Origin: an uncultured Actinomycetota bacterium
GTDB taxonomy: Bacteria > Actinomycetota > Actinomycetes > Propionibacteriales > Nocardioidaceae
Direction of reading: 5' to 3'
DNA length: 64,000 bases
NCBI GenBank assembly: GCA_963740325.1
Contig: CAVUDQ010000002.1
Coordinates: 118,773-182,772 of the forward strand
This document shows, piece after piece, positions 30,198 to 41,627 of the stretch. How positions within the stretch are numbered: position 1 is the stretch's first letter; every line of letters begins with the position of its first letter. The notes under the pieces were generated by a model that searched no databases, was not told where the DNA came from, and was given only the letters and a program-made list of their open reading frames with translations. The position numbers and the translations under genes are program-made.

Positions 30198-31553
30198 ATG
30201 ACACGGCACGAGGCGGACGTGGTGGTCCTCGGACTCGGACCGGGCGGTGAGTACGCCGCGCAGAAGCTGGCCGAGGGAGGGCTCGACGTCGTCGGGGTCG
30301 AGCGCGACCTGGTGGGCGGCGAGTGCCCGTTCTACGGCTGCATCCCCTCGAAGATGATGATCCGTGCCGCTGACGCGCTCGGCGAGGCGCGCCGGGTGGA
30401 CGCGTTGGCCGGCCATGCGGAGGTGACGCCCGACTGGGGCGCGGTCGCCACGCGGCTCGACAAGCAGGCGACCAACCACTGGCGCGACGACTCCCACGTC
30501 GAGCGGCTGGAGGCGGCCGGCGTCCGGGTGGTCCGGGGCGAGGGCCGGCTCAACGGCCCCGGAACCGTGCGGGTCGGTGACGACGACTACGTCGGCGCCC
30601 GGGGCGTGGTGCTCAACGTCGGCACCTCGCCGGCGACGCTCCCGATCGACGGGCTGGCGGAGACGCCGTACCTGACCAACCGCGAGATCGTGAAGGTCAC
30701 CGAGCTGCCGACGTCGCTGGCCGTCCTCGGCGGCGGGCCGATCGGCTGCGAGCTCGCCCAGGCCTTCGCCCGGTTCGGGACGCAGGTCACCGTGCTCGAG
30801 CTGGCCGACCGGCTGCTGAGCCCGGAGGAGCCGGAGACCAGCGCGCTGGTGGAGAAGGTCTTCGCGCAGGAGGGGATCCGGGTCGAGACGGGCCTCACCG
30901 TAGAGCGGGTCGACCACGACGGGCGGTTCACGCTCACGACCGACCGCGGCACGTTCGGGGCCGACCAGCTCCTCATCGCAGCCGGGCGGTCGCTCAACCT
31001 GGGCGGGATCGGCCTCGACACCGTCGGCCTGGACCCAGAGGCCGGGTCCGTCGCGACCGACGAGCGGATGCGGGCGGGGGAGCGGCTGTGGGCGGTCGGC
31101 GACATCACCGGCCACGGTGCCTACACCCACGTCTCGATGTACCAGGGCGAGATCGCGGCCCGCGACGTGCTGGCCCAGCCCGGGTTCACGGCCGACTACC
31201 GCGCAGTCACCCGCGTGACCTTCACCGACCCGGAGGTCGGCGGGGTCGGGATGACCGAGCAGCAGGCGCGCGACGCCGGCCTCGAGGTCCGGGTCGGCCA
31301 CGCCGACCTCGAGGCCTCGAGCCGCGGCTGGATCCACCAGCAGGGGGCGGCCGGACTGCTCAAGCTGGTCGCGGACGCCGAGCGCGGCGTGCTCGTCGGG
31401 GCCACCTCGGTGGGGCCGAACGGCGGCGAGGTGCTGGGCCTGCTGGCGGTAGCGGTGCACGCCGAGGTGCCCCTCGAGCGGCTCGCCTCGATGCACTACG
31501 CCTATCCCACGTTCCACCGGGCCGTGGACGTCGCCGTCACCTCGATCCTCTAG
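30198..31553 (+). CDS. Pyridine nucleotide-disulfide oxidoreductase (Lpd-like family)
   Basis: GLGPGG, GGECPFYGCIPSK, GGGPIGCELAQ, WAVGDITG, VTFTDPE. Confidence 0.88.
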   Translation: MTRHEADVVVLGLGPGGEYAAQKLAEGGLDVVGVERDLVGGECPFYGCIPSKMMIRAADALGEARRVDALAGHAEVTPDWGAVATRLDKQATNHWRDDSHVERLEAAGVRVVRGEGRLNGPGTVRVGDDDYVGARGVVLNVGTSPATLPIDGLAETPYLTNREIVKVTELPTSLAVLGGGPIGCELAQAFARFGTQVTVLELADRLLSPEEPETSALVEKVFAQEGIRVETGLTVERVDHDGRFTLTTDRGTFGADQLLIAAGRSLNLGGIGLDTVGLDPEAGSVATDERMRAGERLWAVGDITGHGAYTHVSMYQGEIAARDVLAQPGFTADYRAVTRVTFTDPEVGGVGMTEQQARDAGLEVRVGHADLEASSRGWIHQQGAAGLLKLVADAERGVLVGATSVGPNGGEVLGLLAVAVHAEVPLERLASMHYAYPTFHRAVDVAVTSIL

Positions 31554-31625
31554 CACACGGGCCGTCTGGGTAGTGTGCCGGGAGGGCCACCAGCCCCCGG
31601 GGTGGCCACGACGGAGGAGTCTCGG

Positions 31626-32909
31626 ATGTCACACATGCCTGCCCACGACCCGCGTCGCGGTGAACGCAGTGAGCCGCTGCCGCCCGCCGACGACCCGCTC
31701 AACGGCCCGCTGACCCGGCCCACGCCCCCCGCGACGGAGTCCCGTCCTGAGTCCGACCCGCCGGCCGCTGCCGAGCCGGCAGCCGCCGAGCCGGCACCCG
31801 CCGAGCAGGCAGCCGCCCAGCCGGCAGCCGCCGAGCCGGCACCCACCGAGCCGGTCGCCCCCGAGCCGCCGCGACAGACCCCGCCGGCCTCACCGCCGCC
31901 GACCGCGGCTGCGCAGGCCCCCGCACGTCCTTCGTGGGCCGAGGAGCCCGCGCCGGAGCCCGAGGTGCCCCGCTTCATGTCGGCCACCGACTTCCTGGAG
32001 CGGCGCTCCGAGAGCGTCGGCTACGGCCCGCCGACCTGGGGTTGGCGGGGCAGGCTCCACCGCTGGACCGGCGGCACGATCAGCCCGCAGATGGGGCCGG
32101 AGGAGAAGCAGCACTCCCGCGACCGGGCCGCCATCCAGCGGGCCTTCGACGGGCCGCGCACGATCGTCTTCCTCAATCCCAAGGGCGGGGCCGCCAAGAC
32201 CACGAGCGTGCTGGTTGCCGGCTACACCTTCGGGACGGTCCGCGGCGGCGGCGTGGTGGCGTGGGACAACAACGAGACCCGGGGCACCCTCGGCATCCGC
32301 GGCCAGCGCGCCGGCCACGGCAACACCACCCGCGAGCTGCTCGAGGACCTCGAGCGCTTCAACGACGTCTACCAGGCCCGCATCGGCGACCTGGGCGCCT
32401 TCGTACGCTCGCAGGGCGACGCCCACTTCGACGTCCTGGCCTCCGACGAGCGGCCCGACGTGACCGGCACCATCCGTGCATCCGACTTCACGGCGGTCCA
32501 CCAGCTGCTCGAGCGGTTCTACCGGCTGATCCTGGTCGACACCGGCAACAACATGCGGGCCGAGAACTGGCTGGCGGCAGCCGAGACGGCCGACCTGCTG
32601 GTGGTGACCACCACGATGCGTGAGGACACCGGCTACTCCGGACTGTGGATGCTGGACGCGCTGCAGGACGCCGGCTACCAGGACCTCAAGCACAAGACCA
32701 TCACCGTGCTGTCCGAGCCGTCGTCGCACGTCGACGAGCAGCTCGCCCAGGACATGGTCGACGTCTACGAGCAGCGCACCAAGGCGGTGTTCCGGGTGCC
32801 CTACGACCCGGCGCTGGTGTCGGGCTCGGTCATCCCCTACGAGCAGCTCACCGAGGAGACCCGGATGGCATGGGTACGCGCCTGCGCGGCGATGGCCGGA
32901 CAGCTCTGA
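31626..32909 (+). CDS. MinD/ParA-like ATPase with a disordered Pro/Ala/Glu N-terminus
   Basis: Deviant Walker A NPKGGAAKTT, WDNNETRGTL, ILVDTGN, PYDPAL. Confidence 0.8.
   Translation: MSHMPAHDPRRGERSEPLPPADDPLNGPLTRPTPPATESRPESDPPAAAEPAAAEPAPAEQAAAQPAAAEPAPTEPVAPEPPRQTPPASPPPTAAAQAPARPSWAEEPAPEPEVPRFMSATDFLERRSESVGYGPPTWGWRGRLHRWTGGTISPQMGPEEKQHSRDRAAIQRAFDGPRTIVFLNPKGGAAKTTSVLVAGYTFGTVRGGGVVAWDNNETRGTLGIRGQRAGHGNTTRELLEDLERFNDVYQARIGDLGAFVRSQGDAHFDVLASDERPDVTGTIRASDFTAVHQLLERFYRLILVDTGNNMRAENWLAAAETADLLVVTTTMREDTGYSGLWMLDALQDAGYQDLKHKTITVLSEPSSHVDEQLAQDMVDVYEQRTKAVFRVPYDPALVSGSVIPYEQLTEETRMAWVRACAAMAGQL
31770..31868 (+). repeat. Coding 15-bp tandem repeat (about 6.5 units)
   Basis: gccgagccggca(g/c)cc units encoding AEPAA/AEPAP/AEQAA/AQPAA/AEPAP/TEPVA. 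Confidence 0.85.
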
Positions 32910-32932
32910 GCCTGGGGTAGTGTCGCTGGCGA

Positions 32933-34513
<1,581 letters not shown>

Positions 34514-34517
<4 letters not shown>

Positions 34518-35827
34518 CGACGTACCTGATCCGAGGGGCCTCCGTGCTGGGCGGGGAGCCGACGGACCTGCTGCTGCGCGACGGGATCGTGGCCGAGATC
34601 GGCCCCGCGCTGTCCCTCGATGCTGCTTCGGGGGTGTCCGACCCAGCGGACCTGGAGGTCGTCGACGCGACCGGGCTGGTGGCGCTGCCCGGACTGGTCG
34701 ACCTGCACACCCACCTGCGCGAGCCGGGCCGCGAGGACGCCGAGACGGTGCTCACCGGGACCCGGGCCGCCGCGATGGGCGGCTTCACCGCCGTGCACGC
34801 GATGGCCAACACCGACCCGGTCGCCGACACCGCAGGCGTCGTCGAGCAGGTGTGGCGGCTGGGTCGCGAGGGCGGCTACTGCGACGTCCGCCCGGTCGGT
34901 GCGGTGACCGTCGGTCTGGCGGGGGAGCGGCTGGCCGAGCTCGGCGCGATGGCCGACTCGGCGGCGCGGGTGCGGGTGTTCTCCGACGACGGCAGGTGCG
35001 TGAGCGACGCGGTGCTGATGCGGCGGGCGCTGGAGTACGTCAAGGCGTTCGACGGCGTGGTCGCCCAGCACGCCCAGGAGCCGCGGCTGACCGAGGGCGC
35101 CCAGATGAACGAGGGCGAGCTCTCGGGCCGGCTCGGGCTCACCGGCTGGCCCGCGGTCGCCGAGGAGGCGATCATCGCCCGCGACTGCCTGCTCGCCGCC
35201 CACGTCGGGTCCCGGCTCCACGTGTGCCACGTGTCGACGGCGGGTTCGGTCGAGATCGTCCGCGACGCCAAGCGGAAGGGCTGGGACGTCACCGCCGAGG
35301 TCTGCCCCCACCACCTGCTGCTCACCGACGAGCTCGCGGCGACCTACGACCCGATCTACAAGGTCAACCCGCCGCTGCGCAGCGCGGCCGACGTCGAGGC
35401 GCTCCGCGAGGGGCTCGCCGACGGCACCATCGACATCGTCGCGACCGACCACGCGCCGCACCCCCACGAGGACAAGGACTGCGAGTGGGCGGCGGCGGCG
35501 TTCGGGATGCTCGGCCTCGAGACCGCGCTCTCGGTCGTGCAGGAGACGATGGTCGACCCCGGGCTGCTCGGCTGGGCCGGCGTCGCCGAGCGGATGTCAC
35601 ACGCCCCGGCCCGGATCGGCCGGGTGGCCGACCAGGGACGGCCGATCGCGGAGGGCGCCCCCGCCAACATCGTGCTCTACGACCCGTCGGCGCGTCGGGT
35701 CGTCGAGGCCTCGACCTCCGCGTCGCTGTCCCGCAACACGCCGTACGCCGGCCGCGAGCTGCCCGGCCGGGTGGTCGCGACGTTCCTGCGGGGCCGGGCC
35801 ACGGTGCTCGACGGCAAGCTGCAGTAG
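34514..35827 (+). CDS. pyrC: Dihydroorotase
   Basis: [37 protein letters not shown]. Confidence 0.96.
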
Positions 35828-35831
35828 CCCG

Positions 35832-37412
35832 GTGTCCGACCCCAGCGACTGGCTGCTCACCCGGACCGAGCGCGCCAACCCCCGGACCCGGCTCGACGAT
35901 TGCCACGGCGACGACCGGGCCTGGTCGGACGGCAACCTGGTGACGCCGCTGGTGCACGGGTCGGCGTACTTCCGGGAGCTCCACGACGCCGTCGCCGCGA
36001 CCCGCGCGGGTGACCTGGTGCTGTTCACCGACTGGCAGGGCGACGCCGACGAGCGGCTCACCGGAGAGCCCGGCTCGGAGGTCGTGGAGGTGTTGGGCTC
36101 GGCCGACGAGCGCGGCGTCGACGTGCGCGGTCTGGTGTGGCGCTCCCACCTCGACCAGACCGGCTTCTTCGCCGCCGAGAACCGGCACCTCGGGGAGCAG
36201 CTCCAGCGCCGCGGCGCCGAGGTGCTGCTCGACATGCGGGTGCGTGCCGGTGGCTCGCACCACCAGAAGTTCGCGGTGGTCCGGCATCGCGACGACCCGG
36301 CCCGCGACGTCGCCTTCGTCGGCGGCATCGACCTCGCCCACAACCGGCGCGACGACGCCGACCACCACGGCGACCCGCAGCCGCAGCCGCTGTCCGAGGA
36401 GTACGGCGACCACCCGCCGTGGCACGACGTGCAGGTGAAGATCCAGGGGCCCGCCGTCCACGATGTCGAGACCGTGTTCCGCGAGCGGTGGGAGGACCCC
36501 ACGCCGCTGAGCCGCAGCCCGCTGCGGATGCTCGCCGACCGGGTGCGGGGGCTCGACGTCGACCCGGACCCGCTGCCGCCCCAGCAGCCCCCACCCCCGG
36601 AGGCCGGGCCGCACACCGTGCAGCTGCTGCGGACCTACCCGAACCTGCGGCACGGCCGGGACTTCCCCTTCGCGCGCGGGGGCGAGCGCAGCGTCGCCCG
36701 CGGCTACACCAAGGCGATCGGGCAGGCGGCCGGGCTCATCTACGTCGAGGACCAGTACTTCTGGGGGCACGACGTGGCCGGGCCGTTCCTGGACGCGCTG
36801 CGCGACCAGGCGGAGCTCCGGCTGGTCGCCGTGATCCCGCTGCACCCCGACGTGACCGGGATGGCGCGGGTCCCGGAGCTGCTCGGCCGCAACCGGGCGT
36901 TCCGGACCCTGATGGCCGCGGCTCCGGGTCGCGTGGCGGCGTACGGCCTCGAGAACCACGCCGGCACCCCCGTCTACGTCCACGCCAAGGTCTGCGTCGT
37001 CGACGACACGTGGGCGAGCGTGGGGTCCGACAACTTCAACCGGCGCTCGTGGACCCACGACTCCGAGCTCTCCTGCGTCGTGCTCGACCGTGACTACGCG
37101 CGGTCGCTCCGGCTGACCCTCGCGGCGGAGCACCTCGACCGGCTCCCCGACGCGGAGCGGGACGGGCTCGACGCCGTGATGGCCGACTGCGTCGACCCGG
37201 CCGGCCTGTTCGACACGTACGCCGCCACCGCCGGCCGGCTCGACGCCTGGCACGCGGGCGGACGGGTGGGGGAGCGGCCGCCGGGGCGGCTGCGCCGGCT
37301 GCCTCTGCCTCCCGTCGGCCGGTTCGCGAGCCGGTGGGCCAAGATGCCGCTGGAGGTGCTGCACGACCCCGACGGTCGCCCCGGCCCGCTCCGGGGCGGC
37401 CGTCGCTACTGA
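35832..37412 (+). CDS. Phospholipase D superfamily protein
   Basis: Two HKD-type motifs: SHHQKFAVV and YVHAKVCVVD...GSDN. Confidence 0.88.
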   Translation: MSDPSDWLLTRTERANPRTRLDDCHGDDRAWSDGNLVTPLVHGSAYFRELHDAVAATRAGDLVLFTDWQGDADERLTGEPGSEVVEVLGSADERGVDVRGLVWRSHLDQTGFFAAENRHLGEQLQRRGAEVLLDMRVRAGGSHHQKFAVVRHRDDPARDVAFVGGIDLAHNRRDDADHHGDPQPQPLSEEYGDHPPWHDVQVKIQGPAVHDVETVFRERWEDPTPLSRSPLRMLADRVRGLDVDPDPLPPQQPPPPEAGPHTVQLLRTYPNLRHGRDFPFARGGERSVARGYTKAIGQAAGLIYVEDQYFWGHDVAGPFLDALRDQAELRLVAVIPLHPDVTGMARVPELLGRNRAFRTLMAAAPGRVAAYGLENHAGTPVYVHAKVCVVDDTWASVGSDNFNRRSWTHDSELSCVVLDRDYARSLRLTLAAEHLDRLPDAERDGLDAVMADCVDPAGLFDTYAATAGRLDAWHAGGRVGERPPGRLRRLPLPPVGRFASRWAKMPLEVLHDPDGRPGPLRGGRRY

Positions 37413-37416
37413 GTCG

Positions 37417-38019
37417 TCAGTCGATCACCCCGCACGCGACCCGGACGCCGGCGTCGCCGGTGGCCAGGGTCATGGCATCGGGCCCGGGGACCCCACCGGC
37501 GCTGTAGCGGGTCGGGATGTTGGCGAAGTTGTCGCGGCCGGCGTGGACCATCACCGCGGAGCCGTCGGCGTCCTGCAGGTCGGCCATCGTGAACCGGTCG
37601 CTGACGAACTGCGTACGTGCCCAGCCGTCGTCGGTGACCAGCAGCGGCGGCATGTCGCCCGCGTGGTCGCCATGGGTGGTGTCACCGCCGGTGTAGTGGC
37701 CCCCAGCGGTGGTGAAGGGACCCAGGGGCGCGGCGGGCTCGCACAGTCCGGTCGCGTGGACGTGGAAGCCGTGGAAGCCGGGTGTCAGCCCCTCGGCCCG
37801 GCCCCGCACCAGGACCACCTCGCCCTTCTGCCACATGGTCACCCGGCCGACGTTGCTCCCGTCGACCCCGTGCAGCACGACGCGGAGGACCGTGTCGTCC
37901 CCGGTGCGGTGCTGGTGGACGGCGCCGGCGGAGTCGGTGGCTGCGGTCGCCGCGGCCGCCGCGCAGAGCACCAGGGCTCCCGCGACTGCGACTCCCCGTG
38001 CGCGCGTTCGTGTGGACAT
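37417..38019 (-). CDS. sodC: Exported Cu/Zn superoxide dismutase family protein
   Basis: Signal peptide; GFHGFHVH, GGHY, THGDHAGDMP, VMVHAG, GDAG.RVACG. Confidence 0.9.
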   Translation of the reverse strand: MSTRTRARGVAVAGALVLCAAAAATAATDSAGAVHQHRTGDDTVLRVVLHGVDGSNVGRVTMWQKGEVVLVRGRAEGLTPGFHGFHVHATGLCEPAAPLGPFTTAGGHYTGGDTTHGDHAGDMPPLLVTDDGWARTQFVSDRFTMADLQDADGSAVMVHAGRDNFANIPTRYSAGGVPGPDAMTLATGDAGVRVACGVID

Positions 38020-38185
38020 CGTGTCTCCCCTCGCCGATGTGGTCGATGCCCAGGTCGGCAGGCGGTCCCCCCGGAGGGTCCGGCTCGAGGTGCGGCCGTC
38101 GGACCCGGACGTCGCGACGTTGCTCCCGTCGACCGGCACCTGGCAAGCAGCCGCCTCCGACCCGCGGAGGGGAACGGCCACCGGA

Positions 38186-39100
38186 TCAGACGGAGGGGAA
38201 CACGGTCTCCCAGTCGCGGACCATGCTGACGACCGTCCAGCCCAGCCGGGACGCCACCTCCGTGATCGGCTCCGCCTCCTCGAACGTCTCTGCGGTGCCG
38301 GTGTAGGCGAACTCGCGGACGGCGTCGTCGTGGTCGACGAGCAGCGCCAGCGTGGGCCCCGGGTGCGCGGCGGCCCACTCGAGCATCTCGCGGTCACCGC
38401 CGGAGTTGCCGGCGGCGACGACCGGTCGGCGACCGAGGTGCGCCTGGATCGCGCCGACCTTGGCTTCACCCTCGTTGGCCACTCCGCTGATCCTGGCGGT
38501 CCGCCGCAGCCGTGGCCGTCCCTGCTGGTCGCGGTCGAAGTCGTAGTCGAGCATCGTCCCGACGACCCGCTCCGGCGGTACGCCGTAGAGGTCGAGGCTG
38601 ACCGCGCGGAGGAACTCGGTCCCGCCGCCGGTGACGATGGTGACCGTGACGTCGCGCGCCCGCAGCTCGTCGAGCAGCTCCAGCATCGGCTGGTAGACCG
38701 CGGTGCGGTGGGGGCGGCGCAGCGTCGGGTGCTGTGCCCGCGCCATGAAGTCCCGGACCCGGAGGGTGAACTCCTCCGGGGTCTGCCCCTGGGACAGGCC
38801 CGTGAGGGCCGTCGCCACGCGCACGAGCCCCACCCGGGCGACGGCCTCCCGGTCGCCGGACAGGACCGCGGCGTACTCCTCCCGCTCGCCCAGGGAGGGG
38901 TCGTCGGCGACCGCGGCCCCCAGGAGGTCGACGAGGAAGTCGAGCTGGACGTAGGTGGGGCGCTCGCACCAGAGGGTGCCGTCGTTGTCGAAGCAGGCCA
39001 GCCGTGAGGCGACCGGCACGTCGGTCACCTGCTCGAGGAAGGCGACGACCGCGTCCCGGGTCGTGCCGTCGCGCCAGGACGGGAGCAGCCTGCTGGTCAT
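38186..39100 (-). CDS. HAD-superfamily hydrolase (sulfatase-operon associated)
   Basis: CFDNDGTLWCERP, IVTGGG, AAGNSGGDREML. Confidence 0.88.
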   Translation of the reverse strand: MTSRLLPSWRDGTTRDAVVAFLEQVTDVPVASRLACFDNDGTLWCERPTYVQLDFLVDLLGAAVADDPSLGEREEYAAVLSGDREAVARVGLVRVATALTGLSQGQTPEEFTLRVRDFMARAQHPTLRRPHRTAVYQPMLELLDELRARDVTVTIVTGGGTEFLRAVSLDLYGVPPERVVGTMLDYDFDRDQQGRPRLRRTARISGVANEGEAKVGAIQAHLGRRPVVAAGNSGGDREMLEWAAAHPGPTLALLVDHDDAVREFAYTGTAETFEEAEPITEVASRLGWTVVSMVRDWETVFPSV

Positions 39101-40041
39101 CGCACCGGGTGGTGGACGCAGCGGAACCCCACGTGGCTCATCCCGGTGTCGACCATCTGGGGCCGGCGCGCGGCAGGCCGGTAGCGCAGGCAGTAGCTGT
39201 CGGCGCACAGGTGGGAGCCACCCTTGACCACCTTGCGACCGACGCGGAACTGGGGCTGCGCCGGGTCGAGGCTTCCCTCGAAGGTCCCACCGCGCGGGTC
39301 GGCGGGCGCACAGCAGGCTTGGCCGGCGTCGTCGGGGTGCCGGCTGGTCCACCAGTCGTCGGTCCACTCCCAGACGTTGCCGGTCATGTCGAGCAGCCCG
39401 TAGCCGTTCGGCGGGAAGCTGCCGACCGGCGAGGTCCGCAGGTGGCCGCTCTCCCGGGTGTGGCGCCACGGGAAGTCGGGCCCGTCCCAGGTGTTGGCCA
39501 TGATCCGTCCGCCCGGTCGCGGCTCGTCCCCCCACACGTACGTCGCCCCGTCCAGGCCGCCGCGGGCGGCGTACTCCCACTCCGCCTCGGTGGGCAGCGC
39601 GGCCCCAGCCCAGTCGGCGTAGGCGCGGGCGTCCTCGTGGGCGACGTGCACCACCGGGTGGTCGGGGATCCGCTTCACCGAGCTGCCCGGTCCGTACGGC
39701 GCGCTCCAGCAGGCGCCGGGCGTCCACGACCACCACTGGCTCAGGTGGCGCAGGTCGACCGGGCCGGAGGTGGGGGTGAACACCATCGATCCCGGCACCA
39801 GGTTGTCGACCGGTGCGCCCGGGAAGTCCGCCGGGTCGAGTGGACGCTCGGCCACGGTCCGGTGGCCGGTCGCGTGGACGAAGCGTCCGAACTGGTCATT
39901 GGTCACCGGTGTGACGTCGATGGCGAAGTCGTCCACCCGCACCAGGTGACTGGGTGCCTCCTCCGGGTAGTGCCGGTCCGAGCCCATCCGGAACACGCCT
40001 CCGGCGACCCGGATGACCTCGACCGTCGTCCGGGCGGTCAT
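39097..40041 (-). CDS. Formylglycine-generating enzyme (SUMF1/FGE family)
   Basis: FRMGS, HPVVHV, LPTEAEWEYAARGG, NGYGL.DMTGNVWEW, KGGSHLCADSYCLRYRPAAR. Confidence 0.93.
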   Translation of the reverse strand: MTARTTVEVIRVAGGVFRMGSDRHYPEEAPSHLVRVDDFAIDVTPVTNDQFGRFVHATGHRTVAERPLDPADFPGAPVDNLVPGSMVFTPTSGPVDLRHLSQWWSWTPGACWSAPYGPGSSVKRIPDHPVVHVAHEDARAYADWAGAALPTEAEWEYAARGGLDGATYVWGDEPRPGGRIMANTWDGPDFPWRHTRESGHLRTSPVGSFPPNGYGLLDMTGNVWEWTDDWWTSRHPDDAGQACCAPADPRGGTFEGSLDPAQPQFRVGRKVVKGGSHLCADSYCLRYRPAARRPQMVDTGMSHVGFRCVHHPVR

Positions 40042-41537
40042 GTGCTGGTGGCTCCCGCCTCCAGCCGCTCCAGGAGGTCGCCGAGGTTGAAGGTGGCCGG
40101 CTTCTGCCGCGGCGGGAACTCGCGCAGCGTCTGGAGCATCCGCGAGGCGTACGCCTGGGCGGGCACCAGGACCCAGGCGTGGTCGAGCAGCCAGTCGTAG
40201 TAGGTGTTGGACGTGGTGTCGGCCCGTTCGTAGGGGTCGGTGCGCAGGTTGAAGATCTTGGGGACCCGGAGCTCGACGAACGGCTCGGCCCACACCTGCA
40301 GCGTGCCGACGGCCCGCTGCTCCAGGAACACGACCTTCCAGTTGTCGTAGCGCAGGGCGGCGAGGTCACCGTCGTCGGTGGCGTAGAAGAAGTGCCGGCG
40401 GGCACTCTCCGGCTCCTCGCCGGTGAGATAGCCGAGCTGGTCGTGCCCGTCGAGGTGCACCTTGTACGTCGTGCCGGCGAGGTCGGTCCCGGCCCGCAGC
40501 CGCTCGGCGACCTCGGTGTCGCCCGCGGCCGCGAGCAGCGTGACGAACCAGTCGTTGTGGCTGACGATCCCGTTGAGCACCCGGCCGGCCGGGATCCGTC
40601 CCGGCCAGCGAACGACGCACGGGACCCGGAAGGCGCCCTCCCAGTTGGAGTTCTTCTCGTTCCGGAAGGGGGTCATCCCCGCGTCGGGCCAGCTGTTCAT
40701 GTGCGGGCCGTTGTCGGTGGAGTACATGACGATCGTGTCGTCGGCGAGGCCCTCGTCGTCGAGGAAGTCCAGGACCGACCCGACCAGGTCGTCGTGGTCG
40801 CACATCGTGTCGTGGTAGGCCGACTGCCAGCGTCCGGCCCTGCCGCGGCTGCCGTCCTTGGTGTGGGTCCGGAAGTGCATGTGCGTGGTGTTGAGCCACA
40901 GGAAGAACGGGGTGTCCTGCGCGTGCGCATCGCGCATGAAGCGGAGCGCCTCGGGGACGACCTCCTCGTCGATGGTCTTCATCCGCTCCCGGGTGAGTGG
41001 GCCGGTGTCCTCGATCCGCTGCGAGCCGTCGCCCTCGGCCCAGGAGTGGATGACGCCGCGTGGGCCGAACCGCTCGCGAAACCCGGGGATGTCGTCGTCG
41101 GTCGGGTAGTCGTCGAGCTCGGGCTCCTCCTCGGCGTTGAGGTGGTAGAGGTTGCCGAAGAACTCGTCGAACCCGTGCGCGGTCGGCAGGAACTCGTCGC
41201 GGTCACCGAAGTGGTTCTTGCCGAACTGTCCCGTGGCATAGCCCAGCGACCTCAGCGCCGTCGCGATGGTGGGGTCCTCGGCGCGCAGCCCGATGTCGGC
41301 GCCCGGCATCCCGACCTTGGTGAGGCCGGTCCGGTAGGGGTTCTGGCCGGTGATGAAGGCGGCCCGACCGGCGGTGCAGCTCTGCTCGCCGTAGTAGTCG
41401 GTGAAGCGCACGCCCTCCGCGGCGATCCGGTCGATGTGGGGGGTGCGGTAGCCCATCAGCCCGTCGCTGTAGCAGCTGAGGTTGCTGACCCCGATGTCAT
41501 CGCCCCAGATGACGAGGATGTTGGGTCTCCCGGCCAT
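40038..41537 (-). CDS. Arylsulfatase (Cys-type, cytoplasmic)
   Basis: PNILVIWGDDIG, signature SCTAGRAAFITG, GKNHFGD, TDNG; no signal peptide. Confidence 0.93.
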   Translation of the reverse strand: MAGRPNILVIWGDDIGVSNLSCYSDGLMGYRTPHIDRIAAEGVRFTDYYGEQSCTAGRAAFITGQNPYRTGLTKVGMPGADIGLRAEDPTIATALRSLGYATGQFGKNHFGDRDEFLPTAHGFDEFFGNLYHLNAEEEPELDDYPTDDDIPGFRERFGPRGVIHSWAEGDGSQRIEDTGPLTRERMKTIDEEVVPEALRFMRDAHAQDTPFFLWLNTTHMHFRTHTKDGSRGRAGRWQSAYHDTMCDHDDLVGSVLDFLDDEGLADDTIVMYSTDNGPHMNSWPDAGMTPFRNEKNSNWEGAFRVPCVVRWPGRIPAGRVLNGIVSHNDWFVTLLAAAGDTEVAERLRAGTDLAGTTYKVHLDGHDQLGYLTGEEPESARRHFFYATDDGDLAALRYDNWKVVFLEQRAVGTLQVWAEPFVELRVPKIFNLRTDPYERADTTSNTYYDWLLDHAWVLVPAQAYASRMLQTLREFPPRQKPATFNLGDLLERLEAGATST

Positions 41538-41627
41538 GACGGCCCTCCTGGTGAACGCGGGGGACGGGAGGCCGAAGGTAGGTCTCCCCGCCGCGAGGGT
41601 GCCTCCCCCGGAGCGGGTGAGGGAGGG

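Noticed and set aside
30198-31553. Mercuric reductase MerA
   Set aside because: No N-terminal HMA domain, no C-terminal Cys-Cys pair, and no mer genes nearby
31770-31868. CRISPR array
   Set aside because: Contiguous 15-bp coding repeats with no spacers and no cas genes
35832-37412. Inactive PLD because the first motif is HxKxxxxR
   Set aside because: Both His and Lys residues are present; the Asp substitution alone is not enough to infer loss of activity
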